A program made the position numbers and the translations under genes. 64,000 bases of DNA from Convolutriloba macropyga. Lineage: Eukaryota. The notes beneath the pieces are model-generated. The model had not been told where the DNA came from, made no database searches, and saw only the letters and a list, made by a program, of their open reading frames with translations. The first letter of the stretch is position 1. The number at the start of each line of letters is the position of its first letter. The stretch covers positions 43,772,001 through 43,836,000 of the forward strand of contig NC_134482.1 of the NCBI RefSeq assembly GCF_964194025.1. Direction: 5' to 3'. This document shows positions 1 through 11,180 of this stretch, piece after piece.

Positions 1-1958
1 CGCAGAACCAGTACGGTTAAAAATTTGCAAAAAACAAGTTTACAATAGGAACTTCAAACTTAGTTCGGTAGCAATTAATAAACACGTAGTACCCAGGACA
101 GTAAATCCTCGCTCTTGGCGAGCATACTTTCAAGCCCTCTTAGCCTCGTGGTAACTGCACCTGACTAACAGTCTTTTGTCTCAGGTTCGGTTCTCACCCA
201 TCTACTTTGAGCCTTTTAGGTCATTGAACTCTCTCGATATGTTTGTTCGCTTAACCATGCTGCTCAATGCGGCTTAAACATGCGCTTCAAGAGGCCCCTT
301 AAACATGCAAAAATTTTGTCCGAGTTTAGAGCTCACGTGTTTAATATATAGGATGAAAAAATCTTCCCGGTGAAAGATTTCCTTTAACAAAATGCTGATA
401 AACAAAGTTTTTGAAAAGTAAATAGCAAAAAAGGAAAGCACTTCTAACAAGAATCTGTAACATCATCAATTTTATATATAATCAAAACAAACTTTTTGCC
501 AGAAGTCACAAATTAAAGCAACTGCAACCTATCCCAGCCATTTGTTGACCACTTGGATGAGAGAGCGACAAATTTTGACAAAAATTGATTAAAAAACAAA
601 CTAACATTAAAATTGTTACTCTTTGAGGTGTTAAGATATCAAAACCAGTAAAGAAAAATCTAGAAAAGTAGAGAAAGAGCCGCTCTGAGAAATCTGACAA
701 TCCAAATTAAAAAATGAAAATTTCACTGAAATTAGGTTTTTCGAATATTATGACACCAAAACTAAATTTCTCTAGCTGCAGGCTACAAAAAATTCAAATT
801 ACAATTCGACAGAAAACAAAATTGTTGAATAACAAACATCAGCAAAAACTGTCAGAAAAATGAAAACAAAATCGCAGCAAGTTTAGGTTTTTAATGCTTT
901 CAAAACAATTATTGCGTTGATGCAATAATTTACTAACTAATTTAAAAAATAACTACAAAATTAAAAAAAGTATCCCAAAACCTCTTAAAAATCAAGAATT
1001 ACAAGATCTGCGACAGACCTCCGATAACATCCAATTTTCAAAAGAAAATTGTTCGTAGTGGTGTGCCTTTGTGCGTGTTTGCGTGCCTGTGTATGTATGT
1101 ATGTGTGAGACAGATCAGAGGGGTTAAATTTTTGTCTTTCTAGCTTTTCTTTTGGTATTTGAATTCTACACATGAGCTTTCTAATTTACCACTCCTATTT
1201 TCTAACATGCGAAAAGTTTGCGAGTTTTGCGATAATCTAGCTGGTTTAAAACTGCCCAGCTAAAATAACCCAAAGAATGTGTAGATTTGACATTTTAAAA
1301 GAACAAAAAATTTCAAATTTCAGTCAAACTATTTCTGCGAAATTATGTTCATCCTAAATTCCATTATCATGCATGCACCTACACTGTTGTACTAAAAAAT
1401 ACGTACACAAGTAGCTTTTTGAAAAGTGCCGGCAACATTAAATTAAAGAACATGTTGAGTTCTTCAAATCAGATAATCTCTAGAAAACAGTTCAGCTATT
1501 TTCTGATCACACCGTGAAGACGAGATTAAAATATTTTAAATCTTTGCAACTTGACTGAAAGTAGCATTTTGGTACCACAATGTATCTATCATTACAATTG
1601 TCTATTACTTCTCAGGTGACCCGACAATACATAAAAACAGTAAAAATGAGGCAGTAGATCGAACATACTTCGTTCTTAATGTCTCAAATTAAGCGCTATT
1701 TGCAAGCTTCAACATGAAAATATTGCATTTGGCCCTGCCTCAGCGGCCGGCGGGATTTGAAATGAAACTATAACAAATATCCAAAACTTTTATACGATGT
1801 ATTACATGCGATTTTTTAAACATGATTGGCTAAAATGCAACTTGAATAATTTAATTTTTGATCTGTCTCATTTTTTGCTAATTTTTGCTCTATTGTCTTT
1901 CAATCTTGTCCTAGCACCTACTCCTTGCCCAATAAATGAGGAATTAAATTTCTCGCAC

Positions 1959-2122
1959 CTTGGCAATGCCGGCGATGAGGAGGGGACATCGGCTTCACTA
2001 CCCGCAGCTGAAGCCAGACGCCGGCTGCTTCTCAAGGGAGTTGTAGGCTGAGACGGAGTTTTACTAGGCGTAGTGTTTTTGCTTCCTGCCTTCGAACCCT
2101 TCTTGCTACCTCTACCAGACAT
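1959..2122 (-). CDS. Probable first coding exon of an unidentified basic, Ser/Thr-Pro-rich (likely nuclear) protein; gene continues leftward
   Basis: GC-richer ORF MSGRGSKKGSKAGSKNTTPSKTPSQPTTPLRSSRRLA...SSSPALP ending at a donor AG|GTGCGA (GT at 1958-1957); TTTTCAG acceptor 15 nt upstream of the ATG. Downstream exons not identified. Confidence 0.55.
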
Positions 2123-4972
2123 GTTTCAATTCAATATCTGAAAAGATGCTACATGATAGAGTTTTATCATTACAACTTAACCTTAGAGAAACTTGAAATG
2201 ACCCGTGTTGCAAACAAATTGAGAAAATAATTTTACGCAACTCTTTGAAAAACCTAGCTATCTGATCAAAGGATTGCGACTTCTTATTTAATATTAAACA
2301 AAAAATTCGACGAGAACCTCGGATGAATTGAAGTGAAAAATAAGATTCCAATTGCCCGCATGCGATCTATCTAGTTCAACAGATAAAAAGTAGTAATCAC
2401 GATACAGTTAAGAACTTAAGAAGCTTGAAAAAGTGATCGCAAGGATGGCCGATGGACATAACACAGAAGGACACTTTCAATCCAAAGTCTAAACATTAAT
2501 AAAAAAACCTAAATTGACCAGAAATGGGCATTGAGATTTCTTAATTCTGTTTAAAAAGTACACTACAAATTATAAGAAGGATAGCAAAAACCTCCAAATG
2601 GCTACCTCTCTTAAAAACGCAACAATAAGATTTTTTTAATACCGTTAATAAAAAAAGGTACGAAAGATTTACTGCCGTAAAACAACCAGTTTTTCTCCCC
2701 CTTTACCGATTTAGTATGGTTAAAATCTCTAATCAGATTTAATTTCTAGCGGACCGAGAAAACCTAAACACGTGAACAGATCAAAATCTTGAAAACCTTA
2801 AACAGATTGAAACCAAATTTCGGAAACGACTAAGGAGAAATGATCACACCACGCACACAAATTTGAAAATTGAGAAGGTTGGTATTAGATTGTACATAAT
2901 TCTCTTGATTGTTGGTTGAAAACCAAAATGCGCGATGAAAAACGTTTCGTGCACCAAAACTCGTATAAAACTTTGTCACTTTTAATACAAAATAAATAGT
3001 GGCAATAATACAGCTGAAAAAATAAAGTCACGAGATAAATAACGAGATAAAGGATGACAAGTATATAAAACACAAAATAACCAATCCAGTTGAATGAAAT
3101 AACAAAAAACTAAAGTTGCTTTGAAAATTCCGTACCTCAAAAACGCTCCTCTGTTTCTAACGCCAACTATACCTGCTCTCAATGAAAAGAAACATCAGGA
3201 AAACAAAAAAGAATGATCCAAACACCTTTTCCACCTTTGGCATTCATTTTGGCACCCATCAAAATTATCCACACTCTTATTATACCAAAAATCCCCCCAA
3301 TAATACTGTTCCAGTCTTTAAAAAAAGGACAAAATACAATTCACAACACCCTTTCAATGGTAAACAAAAACAAGACAAGTCTCGAAACAATATCCAGTAA
3401 AAATTGAATACAAAACCTGGCTGAAAAACTTAGTAGGGTGCATCCCCTGCTATAAAAAAAAACAGGATATTTCTAGATAGACAGATAAACTGAATTTAAA
3501 ATTTCAAGTGGACCAACAGAAAACAAAAAATCGTCTATCAATTGTGGTGCAACGGTTAGGACCTGCGGGAAGTTTCTGCCGAGGAATGAACAAAAAACTA
3601 CCATCAAATGGATTTCAAAACGAGAAAACATAACAAAATTGGAATCCCATCAAAAAACAATAATTTTTTGCTTTAAAATTAAATTTAGTGTTCATTATAG
3701 GGTAGAATATAGGTAATGCGAAGAATTATAAATTATGCAACTTGCAGACAGATTGCCAAATCTTCTTTAAATTGAAGAAAACGACCGAGTAATGTCGGAC
3801 AAATTGCTCTCGATCAAAGGTGGCTCAATTTTGTAGCCTGAATAAACCATGTACGCCAGTAGAGGATCAGCAGCATTCCTACGGCGCTTTAAATGATAGT
3901 TAGAGCAACTAAAATTTAAAGTGATAAAAATGAAACTGTTACGCACTGACTTTTAGTGTCTTTCTTGTGGAGTTATTGAGGTTAATATTTGAGGTAAATA
4001 ATGTAAATAATTGTCATTTTACAAGGACTTATTTAGATGTTTCACGGTGCGATTTTTAGAGGATATATTTTGATTAAAATTAGCTAGTAATAGCCTTTTA
4101 TTGGGCGGTTCGGATGCGTGATATATCCACTAATTTTCCTTGTATTTCAAAGCTTTACTCGTTCGCAATTTAGCTCTAATGAAGCCTGATTTAACTTAGT
4201 ATTTTATAAAGATTTTTTCAGTTCAATCTTTAATTATTTCAGCAAGAATTAATCAACAATTATCAAAAAGAAGTTTTCAAGTTCTATTAAGTTTTAAGAG
4301 ATATTGATCAACTGATTGTCAGGCTGGTTCTGCGGTGTTCTGGTGATCGTCGTTCCGCAGGGCTGTACCTTGAGCTGTATTGGTCCTTCGCAAATATTTA
4401 CTGATCTACAAGTTGGGCAATTTCCGGCTTTTGTACGTCTCTTGATGTTTGTTAAGTACATATACAAGTTCCGTATTAGCACCTACTTTATCAAAATAAT
4501 TACTTCACCAAGTACATAGTTTCTCATGAAGTTATTTACCAATTATGCGAATTCATCGTCAGAGAACTCAAAAAGGTAAATATTGAGGCTTTTAGGCACT
4601 TAATATGTTTATCAGTCAACTGTCAATCTGCGGTTGTTTTTAATAAACATAAACAAATTAGGGGTTACAGGCCTAGATGGAAACACTAGCTATATATGGC
4701 CTTGTGATCTATCTGAATATGAACTAAATTATAGCACTTATTTATGGATATTTAAAGGAAGATCATCACGTTACTATGAGGGACTAAATAGGGGCGTGAA
4801 AAAAATTTATTTCGGAACTCTTTCCATTCAACTTTTATCAACAAACTGCCGACATTCCAGATCAGCTGTTCAAAAAACTGAATGGCAGCGTAAGTTAAAT
4901 TTATGAATACAAAAGTAAAGCGTGACCAAAGTAGTTCGAAAAACACGATCAAGCAAATATTTTGCATGAAAG

Positions 4973-5330
4973 ACATACGACTACAAATATAACGTCCGGC
5001 AAATTGCTCTCAGACGACAGGCGAGCAGTTAGCTTTGGTAGTAGCCAGATGCGGCTTACGGATGCTAGCATTAGACAGGAGAGGGGGGAGTGGACGAGGG
5101 GCGGGGGGTCCAAAGCCAGGTGAAGGAGGGTGGATGGGAAAGTGTCAAACTTTTAATATCAAGAACCGCGCTGCACACAAATTTTCTCTTCAAAACAGTT
5201 TGGTGACTAGCATACTTAGAGACTACTAAGGCGAAAAACGTCAGACGAAAAATCGGTCGAGCTATAAATTGCGTAAAAAATACCACAAGACTTATATAAT
5301 TGCTACAAACTTCATTTGAGAGCAATTACT
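4973..5330 (-). mobile_element. HINE/DINE-1-like non-autonomous Helentron-type element, copy 1
   Basis: Subterminal inverted repeats AATTGCTCTCAGACGA (5002-5017) and TCATTTGAGAGCAATT (5312-5327), adjacent partial IR ATTGCTACAAAC (5299-5310), G-rich variable centre; related copies at ~15960 and ~18163. Confidence 0.65.
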
Positions 5331-5716
5331 AACTGATTCAAATTTCGCGCGAGAGCAATTTAAAAAAGTTTTCAAATAAATAAATTAAATAAATTCAAAT
5401 TATCAGCAGTGTCAAAATTGCTGGTTTTATGATTATCACCAAAAACAGCAGAACGAACGAAACTTGATTATAAACCAGTAATTGACATTTATTTGGCGAT
5501 GAAATTTAGCGTCTTACAATTATTTTTTTAAACAAGTAAATTGAAAATATAACCCAGGGGTTAAATATTACAAGTTTAAAATTATATAAACAAAACTAAG
5601 CTTTCAACCACAAAACAATATCATATATAATCATTACAATTTTCGAGAGTATAAATATACTTTAGTTCTTGAATCATACTTTAATCAATACTTTAAAAAT
5701 ACTCTTTAACTCACGG

Positions 5717-8716
5717 TTAACAAATTTCGTTTAGAAACAGTTCAACTTCCTCAATAGGACTCCGCACTCTTATCTTCCGCTCAATCATAGTTTTCAGGCA
5801 CCTTTCAAGCTGTTCAGGAAAAAAGGGAACAAAAGACATGAACAGATCTTTGTTCATAGGCAAATTGTTAACCGCTGTTTGAAAAATATCGTGAACTTCC
5901 TGCTGATTTTTGGAATGATGCAGAGCTATGTCTAGTAGTTTATTCCATGCAAATGAACTATTGGGAAAAAATCGCAAGGTTCGTTCAAAAAGTGACTTGA
6001 CTCGAAAAATATTGGATCCGATTTTTGACGAAATCAATTCTTCGCATTGATAAGCAACGCAAAATAGATAGATTTTCTCAACCGAATTATTATTGGCCTT
6101 CATGATTTTATCATCAATACATCGCCTCACCTTTGAAATGGTAAATTGCGTACAATTTAACAGGCATAGACAATTAAATGCACTGAAACTCGTAAATTTT
6201 TCAATAAAATACTTCAGAAATTCATTCGCTTTTTTCAAATTTAAAAAAGAAAGTTTAAACAGCCGGTAGATTGCTGTGCTTAAATAACCCGCGCATTCAT
6301 TTTTTGTCTTTTCATGTTCAAGTTGCGAGCACAAATCGGCTAAATTTCGAATTTCGAATCCCGTGCCGTTTTTTGATTCAATCGCTGTCGAAAGATTTTG
6401 AGCTAAAGAGAACTTAAACGTAATGGAGTCTGGCTTTCTAAATTTGTTCAGCCGGTCGAGCGACGAAAATATCCAATTGAAAAGGTCTAAGTCGTATTTC
6501 AAATCGAAATCGCAAAGTCCAAACGAAAAAATGGCGCAATCTAATTTGAATTCGGTAATGACATCATTTTCGGCGACTGTTTTTGGCTCAATCATTTTCG
6601 ACAAACTAAGAACTGTCTTTTTAATTACCAGAAAATTTCCACAAATCGCTTCAATAAACAACAAACATTTCCAAATTTTTAAGTTATTCGAATTACCGCT
6701 AATTTGCAGTAGGTTTTTCAGCTCCTTTTTAAGCGCAGCTCTAATATTAGCATTGTGTTTCGCTTTCATTTTTGCAACGAAGAGATAAAATTCTAAGAAG
6801 TTCGAACTAGTTGTGGCCATTTTGAAAGCCAGTTCTTCTATTGACGTCAGAATCTTCGACAAATTTGGAGCGTAGTCAAACTCAAAGCGGATATGACTTA
6901 AATGTTCTTTGAATAAATGCTCGTTCATTCGATATTTAGCTTCGCCCAGACAAAAGGGCAGGTTATGTTTTTGGGACACAGTAACCAAAAACAGGTAAAT
7001 CTGTTCTAGAAAAAACGGCTTTTCGGTTTCCGAAAAAGGATACAAAAATTTTTTCACAAAGTCAAACCCAACAACTCTTTCTGGGTCTTCGCAGTCTGTA
7101 AAATCGTTACCGCCTTCGGAAGAGAATTCGACTTTTTGTAATCGATAGGGATAAACATTGTTGACTGTTCTGAACCTTTCTAAGGCTAGCCAGTTTTTCC
7201 ACACCGGCATATCTGGTTTCAGGAATTTTTCAATATCCGGTAAATCTTCCTCGGATTTAGCGGAAGTTTTATCGTTAATTTGTGACGTCTGGAATTCTGG
7301 CCACGAAATGTAATTCGTCTCTCCAAAGTTTGGAACAGCCGAGTTGAAATATAACTGAAAAGATTCAACTTTGCTATTGTACAGATCATTATCCTCAATA
7401 CTTCTATCGGATTTTTCGTCAAATTGGCTCAAGTTAAACTCGACCAGGCTTTGAATTAAACACAAACATCTTTCCGAATGTCCAGAATCGAACAAGAAAT
7501 ACAACAGCTTCAAAAAGATCAACAAAACATCTTCTGAACTTTCTGCGTCTAAACTATGTGACACAAAAGTACCAATTTTCATACCGATAAGATAACGAAA
7601 ACATGTGTAAAACGACGCTAGCACAGTATCAACATCGCTTTTCGAGTTGAAAATCAGGAAATGAAAAAACTGATTCCATGCTTTTAAGTTGTTCGGATTT
7701 GCGATCAAAAATGTTTTCCATTCCTGTTTAATTTCGTCAACATTTGCAGTGATATAATGGAGTAATGACAGTCTTTTCAAAGCTAATTCGCGATTTCCGG
7801 GTAAACTTTTCAGGGCTTTTTCTATAACTGCAATTTCTCTTTCGGCAATATTTTGTTGATTAAGAGCGCTCTCGTTCAACCTGCTTAGCTTAAGTTCCCT
7901 TTGAGAAAACTGAACTTCGATTTCGCTTTGAATATCACACAAAGCAAGCCATGATTTCAGATCTTTGCTATTATGAGTAACGGCCATGTTTAACTCCTGA
8001 AGTTTTCTCGTAAGCTCAGAAGAATAATTATGAATTTCTGGGGTCTTTGGATCGATTTCTTTCGAATAATCAAGAGGTTTATCTATTGCAATGTCTTGAC
8101 TTTTTAAAGCAAAATTGATCGCATTCGAAGACTGCTTCAGTAATTTGCTACGATAATATCGAACAAAGTTGACTTTAGTTGAATCCTTACTAAATCTTTT
8201 TGATTTGCCGATTAAGCATCTGTTTTTAAACGGTTGATTATAAATTGGAACATCAGCGAAATACATGCACGATAATCCAATATTGCTTCGATCGCCCGAT
8301 TTTAACTCCTGAAATAATTCCGTTTCTTCATCAAATTTTCTTCTAATATTCAACGAATCTTTAGTCTTCACTTGCTTGTGGTTTTCGGGTTTCAAACGTT
8401 TCTTTGAAATTTTTGCTGCTTCCGAAACTGCGAGTAAATTATTTCGATTTGAGCTAGCATTCTTGGATAGCAAAAATTTTCTTGCAAATGGATTTCGTGA
8501 CGTTGATTTATTCTTAATAATCGGGTGGTGAAATTTGCTGTGTTGCAATACATTAGTATTTTCATGACGCTCCAATGAAACCGGATTATTGCGCGAATGT
8601 TCTGGTAATTTGAGTCTGCCATCTAAATCTAAGTCCGGAAACGAAGACAAAATCTCCTGCTCGGATTCGACAGACTGAATATTTTCCTCCTTGGTTGCAC
8701 TGTATGCTTTAAACAT
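5717..8716 (-). CDS. NRDE2: NRDE-2 family protein (nuclear exosome regulator / splicing / nuclear RNAi factor), ~999 aa, no intron in the CDS
   Basis: Uninterrupted ORF with NRDE2 blocks: RKLQELN...DLKSWL, EREIAVIEKAL, EWKTFLIANPNNLKAW, GHSERCLCLIQSLVEFNL, WLALER, DCEDPERVV, HAT-like C-terminus and terminal MIERKIRVRSPIEEVELFL. Start placed at the first ATG (MFKAY, 8716); the track start at 8767 is a non-ATG codon. Confidence 0.92.
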   Translation of the reverse strand: MFKAYSATKEENIQSVESEQEILSSFPDLDLDGRLKLPEHSRNNPVSLERHENTNVLQHSKFHHPIIKNKSTSRNPFARKFLLSKNASSNRNNLLAVSEAAKISKKRLKPENHKQVKTKDSLNIRRKFDEETELFQELKSGDRSNIGLSCMYFADVPIYNQPFKNRCLIGKSKRFSKDSTKVNFVRYYRSKLLKQSSNAINFALKSQDIAIDKPLDYSKEIDPKTPEIHNYSSELTRKLQELNMAVTHNSKDLKSWLALCDIQSEIEVQFSQRELKLSRLNESALNQQNIAEREIAVIEKALKSLPGNRELALKRLSLLHYITANVDEIKQEWKTFLIANPNNLKAWNQFFHFLIFNSKSDVDTVLASFYTCFRYLIGMKIGTFVSHSLDAESSEDVLLIFLKLLYFLFDSGHSERCLCLIQSLVEFNLSQFDEKSDRSIEDNDLYNSKVESFQLYFNSAVPNFGETNYISWPEFQTSQINDKTSAKSEEDLPDIEKFLKPDMPVWKNWLALERFRTVNNVYPYRLQKVEFSSEGGNDFTDCEDPERVVGFDFVKKFLYPFSETEKPFFLEQIYLFLVTVSQKHNLPFCLGEAKYRMNEHLFKEHLSHIRFEFDYAPNLSKILTSIEELAFKMATTSSNFLEFYLFVAKMKAKHNANIRAALKKELKNLLQISGNSNNLKIWKCLLFIEAICGNFLVIKKTVLSLSKMIEPKTVAENDVITEFKLDCAIFSFGLCDFDLKYDLDLFNWIFSSLDRLNKFRKPDSITFKFSLAQNLSTAIESKNGTGFEIRNLADLCSQLEHEKTKNECAGYLSTAIYRLFKLSFLNLKKANEFLKYFIEKFTSFSAFNCLCLLNCTQFTISKVRRCIDDKIMKANNNSVEKIYLFCVAYQCEELISSKIGSNIFRVKSLFERTLRFFPNSSFAWNKLLDIALHHSKNQQEVHDIFQTAVNNLPMNKDLFMSFVPFFPEQLERCLKTMIERKIRVRSPIEEVELFLNEIC

Positions 8717-11180
8717 TTGACCTGAATTGCGTAAACTAATTACTTTGTTGGCAACAGAATCCCACAAACAACGAAATAATTGCTCGTGACCGCATCAACA
8801 CTCAAGAAATGAAGCAAGTTTTCACTCTTTAAAGTTTTCTATACAGAAACATCAAGGATCCAAGATAAACAGGATCCAAGAATTAAACGCCTTCACTGGA
8901 TCTATAAGTTTTGACACTAACTTTTGAGTAGATGGCATTTATTCGGCAAATCAATATCGTCATCAAATTGTGACCGACGCACCAGCAACAAAATTAAAAG
9001 TGAAAGTTAAAAACTATTTTTGTATGTAAAAATTGACTAATGTACTGGGTAGAGTTGAGGCAAGTCGGAGCCCAGTTGAAACGAAGCCCGGCAATATCAA
9101 GGAGATATTAAAAGCAGTTCTCAAACTATTTTAGACAATATATCCAAAAATCAAAACGGAGAATTCTGAAAATTTTCTGTATCAAAAATGCATGGCAACC
9201 TGTGCTAAATCAAGATTGTTACAAAATCATGAGATTCAACAACGCTTTCAAAGCAAATAATTTATTACAATTGTTTAAATTCCATCAAAGAAGAACCAAA
9301 TGTGATCAAAATACAACTAAAGCGCCGGTAAGAAAACAGACTGAGTTATAGCGACGTGATTATTTAAAATTCGCCGAGTGACAATATAGAGAAAAATTTA
9401 TTGCCAAAATACTAATAGTTCTTTAGAAGATAATAGAAGAGTAGTCACATTTGTTGATTTCCAAAAAATTGCGCCAATATACGTCTTCAGTGCCACTTAA
9501 AACTCGAAACGAGGCTATTTCTAGCTTTATCAACTATGCTATGCCAAAAAAGCACGTTAAGTTGACAGGTATTATGCTTGTTAAGTTGATTGCAGCAGCA
9601 CAGCCAATCTCAAATTTGCTTAAGAGTATTTTTCTTCACTCCAAGATTGGATGTGGTTTCACTTGGCTGAAGTAAAGGGGGGAAAATTTTCCCACTATCT
9701 CTTTATTCTTTTCCTAGAGTAGTTCTCGAACAGTACTCAAAACCGTTGAAGATATGTATCATTTTGTTAAAGTACTGCCAAACTATAAATATATTCACGG
9801 CATGCACGGTTTATGAAGCTGTTGGTTTACCGCTTCACACCCGAACGCACTTTTTGTCACTTATTTGTGAAAATTGCGTATACAATTGACTAAATTTAGT
9901 GATTGATAAACTTCAGTGTCCTATTTAATATTTGCCTCTAATAATACATCTGAAGTGAAGAGGAAATTATAGCTTTATTATACAAAAAACAGAAAACATA
10001 AGTAATGAACAATGGTCCAACAGTTATACAAAAAGCACCGAATACTTTCAATATTCCAGAGCCCCATTTAGAGATGCCTTCTAATAAACTCTTAAATCAA
10101 TCTTTATTGCAAATCTTAATAAATATAGGGCTCAAACTCTTAGGCTGACGGCATTGCAAACATTTTAAGCAATAGCGAGCCCAAAACTAATGGAACACAC
10201 AGCCTGCTACAATTCACTGAAACAATAGCACAACAATTTCACCGTGTTGACCAAAATGGTACTACTTAATCAAATTGTGTTTTGGCCAATCAGATTGAAG
10301 CGCTCACTTACAATATAGCGCATTACATGTTCGGTCGTGGAATTTTGTTCGGTATTCATTAACATAAATTAAGATGCTAAGGTAACGCAGCCAATCGACA
10401 AACGTCAACACAGTCCATGCCCCAAAATCGTAAAAACTCAAAAACAAACAATTTGAAGATTTGTTTCCAAGATCTAATGTTTTAAGAATCACCATTATTA
10501 ATATCAATTTAGGAAAGTATCAACTCTACTTTTCTTTGACCTGAGTACGAAATACAACAACCCTGTGGGAATTAATAACTAAAAAAGAAAAAGGAGGCCA
10601 AAACCAACGAAATGGCAAAAATCAATTTGGCAAAAAATGTTTTTGAAAGACAGTGGCCTCAAGGTAAGAAAAACCAAATAACTACATACCAAATTCATCA
10701 ACCGCAGCATACCATAAAACCTATTACGAAGTCGTAAAATACCCATTAGCAGTTGCAACGGCAGAAAATGAGACACTACAACTACAAAAAGAAGGCAAGA
10801 TTCAAAAATTAACCTGATTATTTCGAGAAAACTATACCTCAGTCAATGCAAATGTTAGCTAATAAATTTGGAGCTAAAAATTTGACCAAACATACAGAGC
10901 ACTAGAAGCCAAGCAGAAATGTTATAGTTGAGACTAAGCGATAAGACCATAAGAAAACAACAAAAACATGCAAGACGAAAATATGAAAGAATCAGTTTTT
11001 TTTTCAGAAAGTGTCAAAATAACGCTAATACTTTTTGAAAGCAAACGGTGAAAAAAATACAGAAATCAAAAGCTACGATGTGATACAACTAATTCGATTA
11101 AAGTTATCTTCATTAGAAACCATAAGACCTGTTATTAACAAGACTAAAAGATAGGTCAACAAGAAACTCAAAAATTTGCA

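Noticed and set aside
170-260. Possible LINE RT trace (GSVL..LL / CLFA)
   Set aside because: Too short and degenerate to support without a profile search.
1868-2122. Histone H2A/H4 gene
   Set aside because: Similarity is limited to MSGRG; no histone fold follows.
4294-4482. ORF with CPTC suggesting a RING/zinc finger
   Set aside because: Only one CxxC, no supporting ligand pattern or exon structure.
6423-8622. Short overlapping ORFs within NRDE2 (6423-6788 +, 7219-7422 -, 8392-8622 -)
   Set aside because: Shadow or alternative frames of the real CDS with no independent evidence.
8717-8767. N-terminal extension MWDSVANKVISLRNSGQ of the NRDE2 ORF
   Set aside because: Begins at a non-ATG codon and lies mostly upstream of a probable acceptor; MFKAY resembles the usual NRDE2 start.
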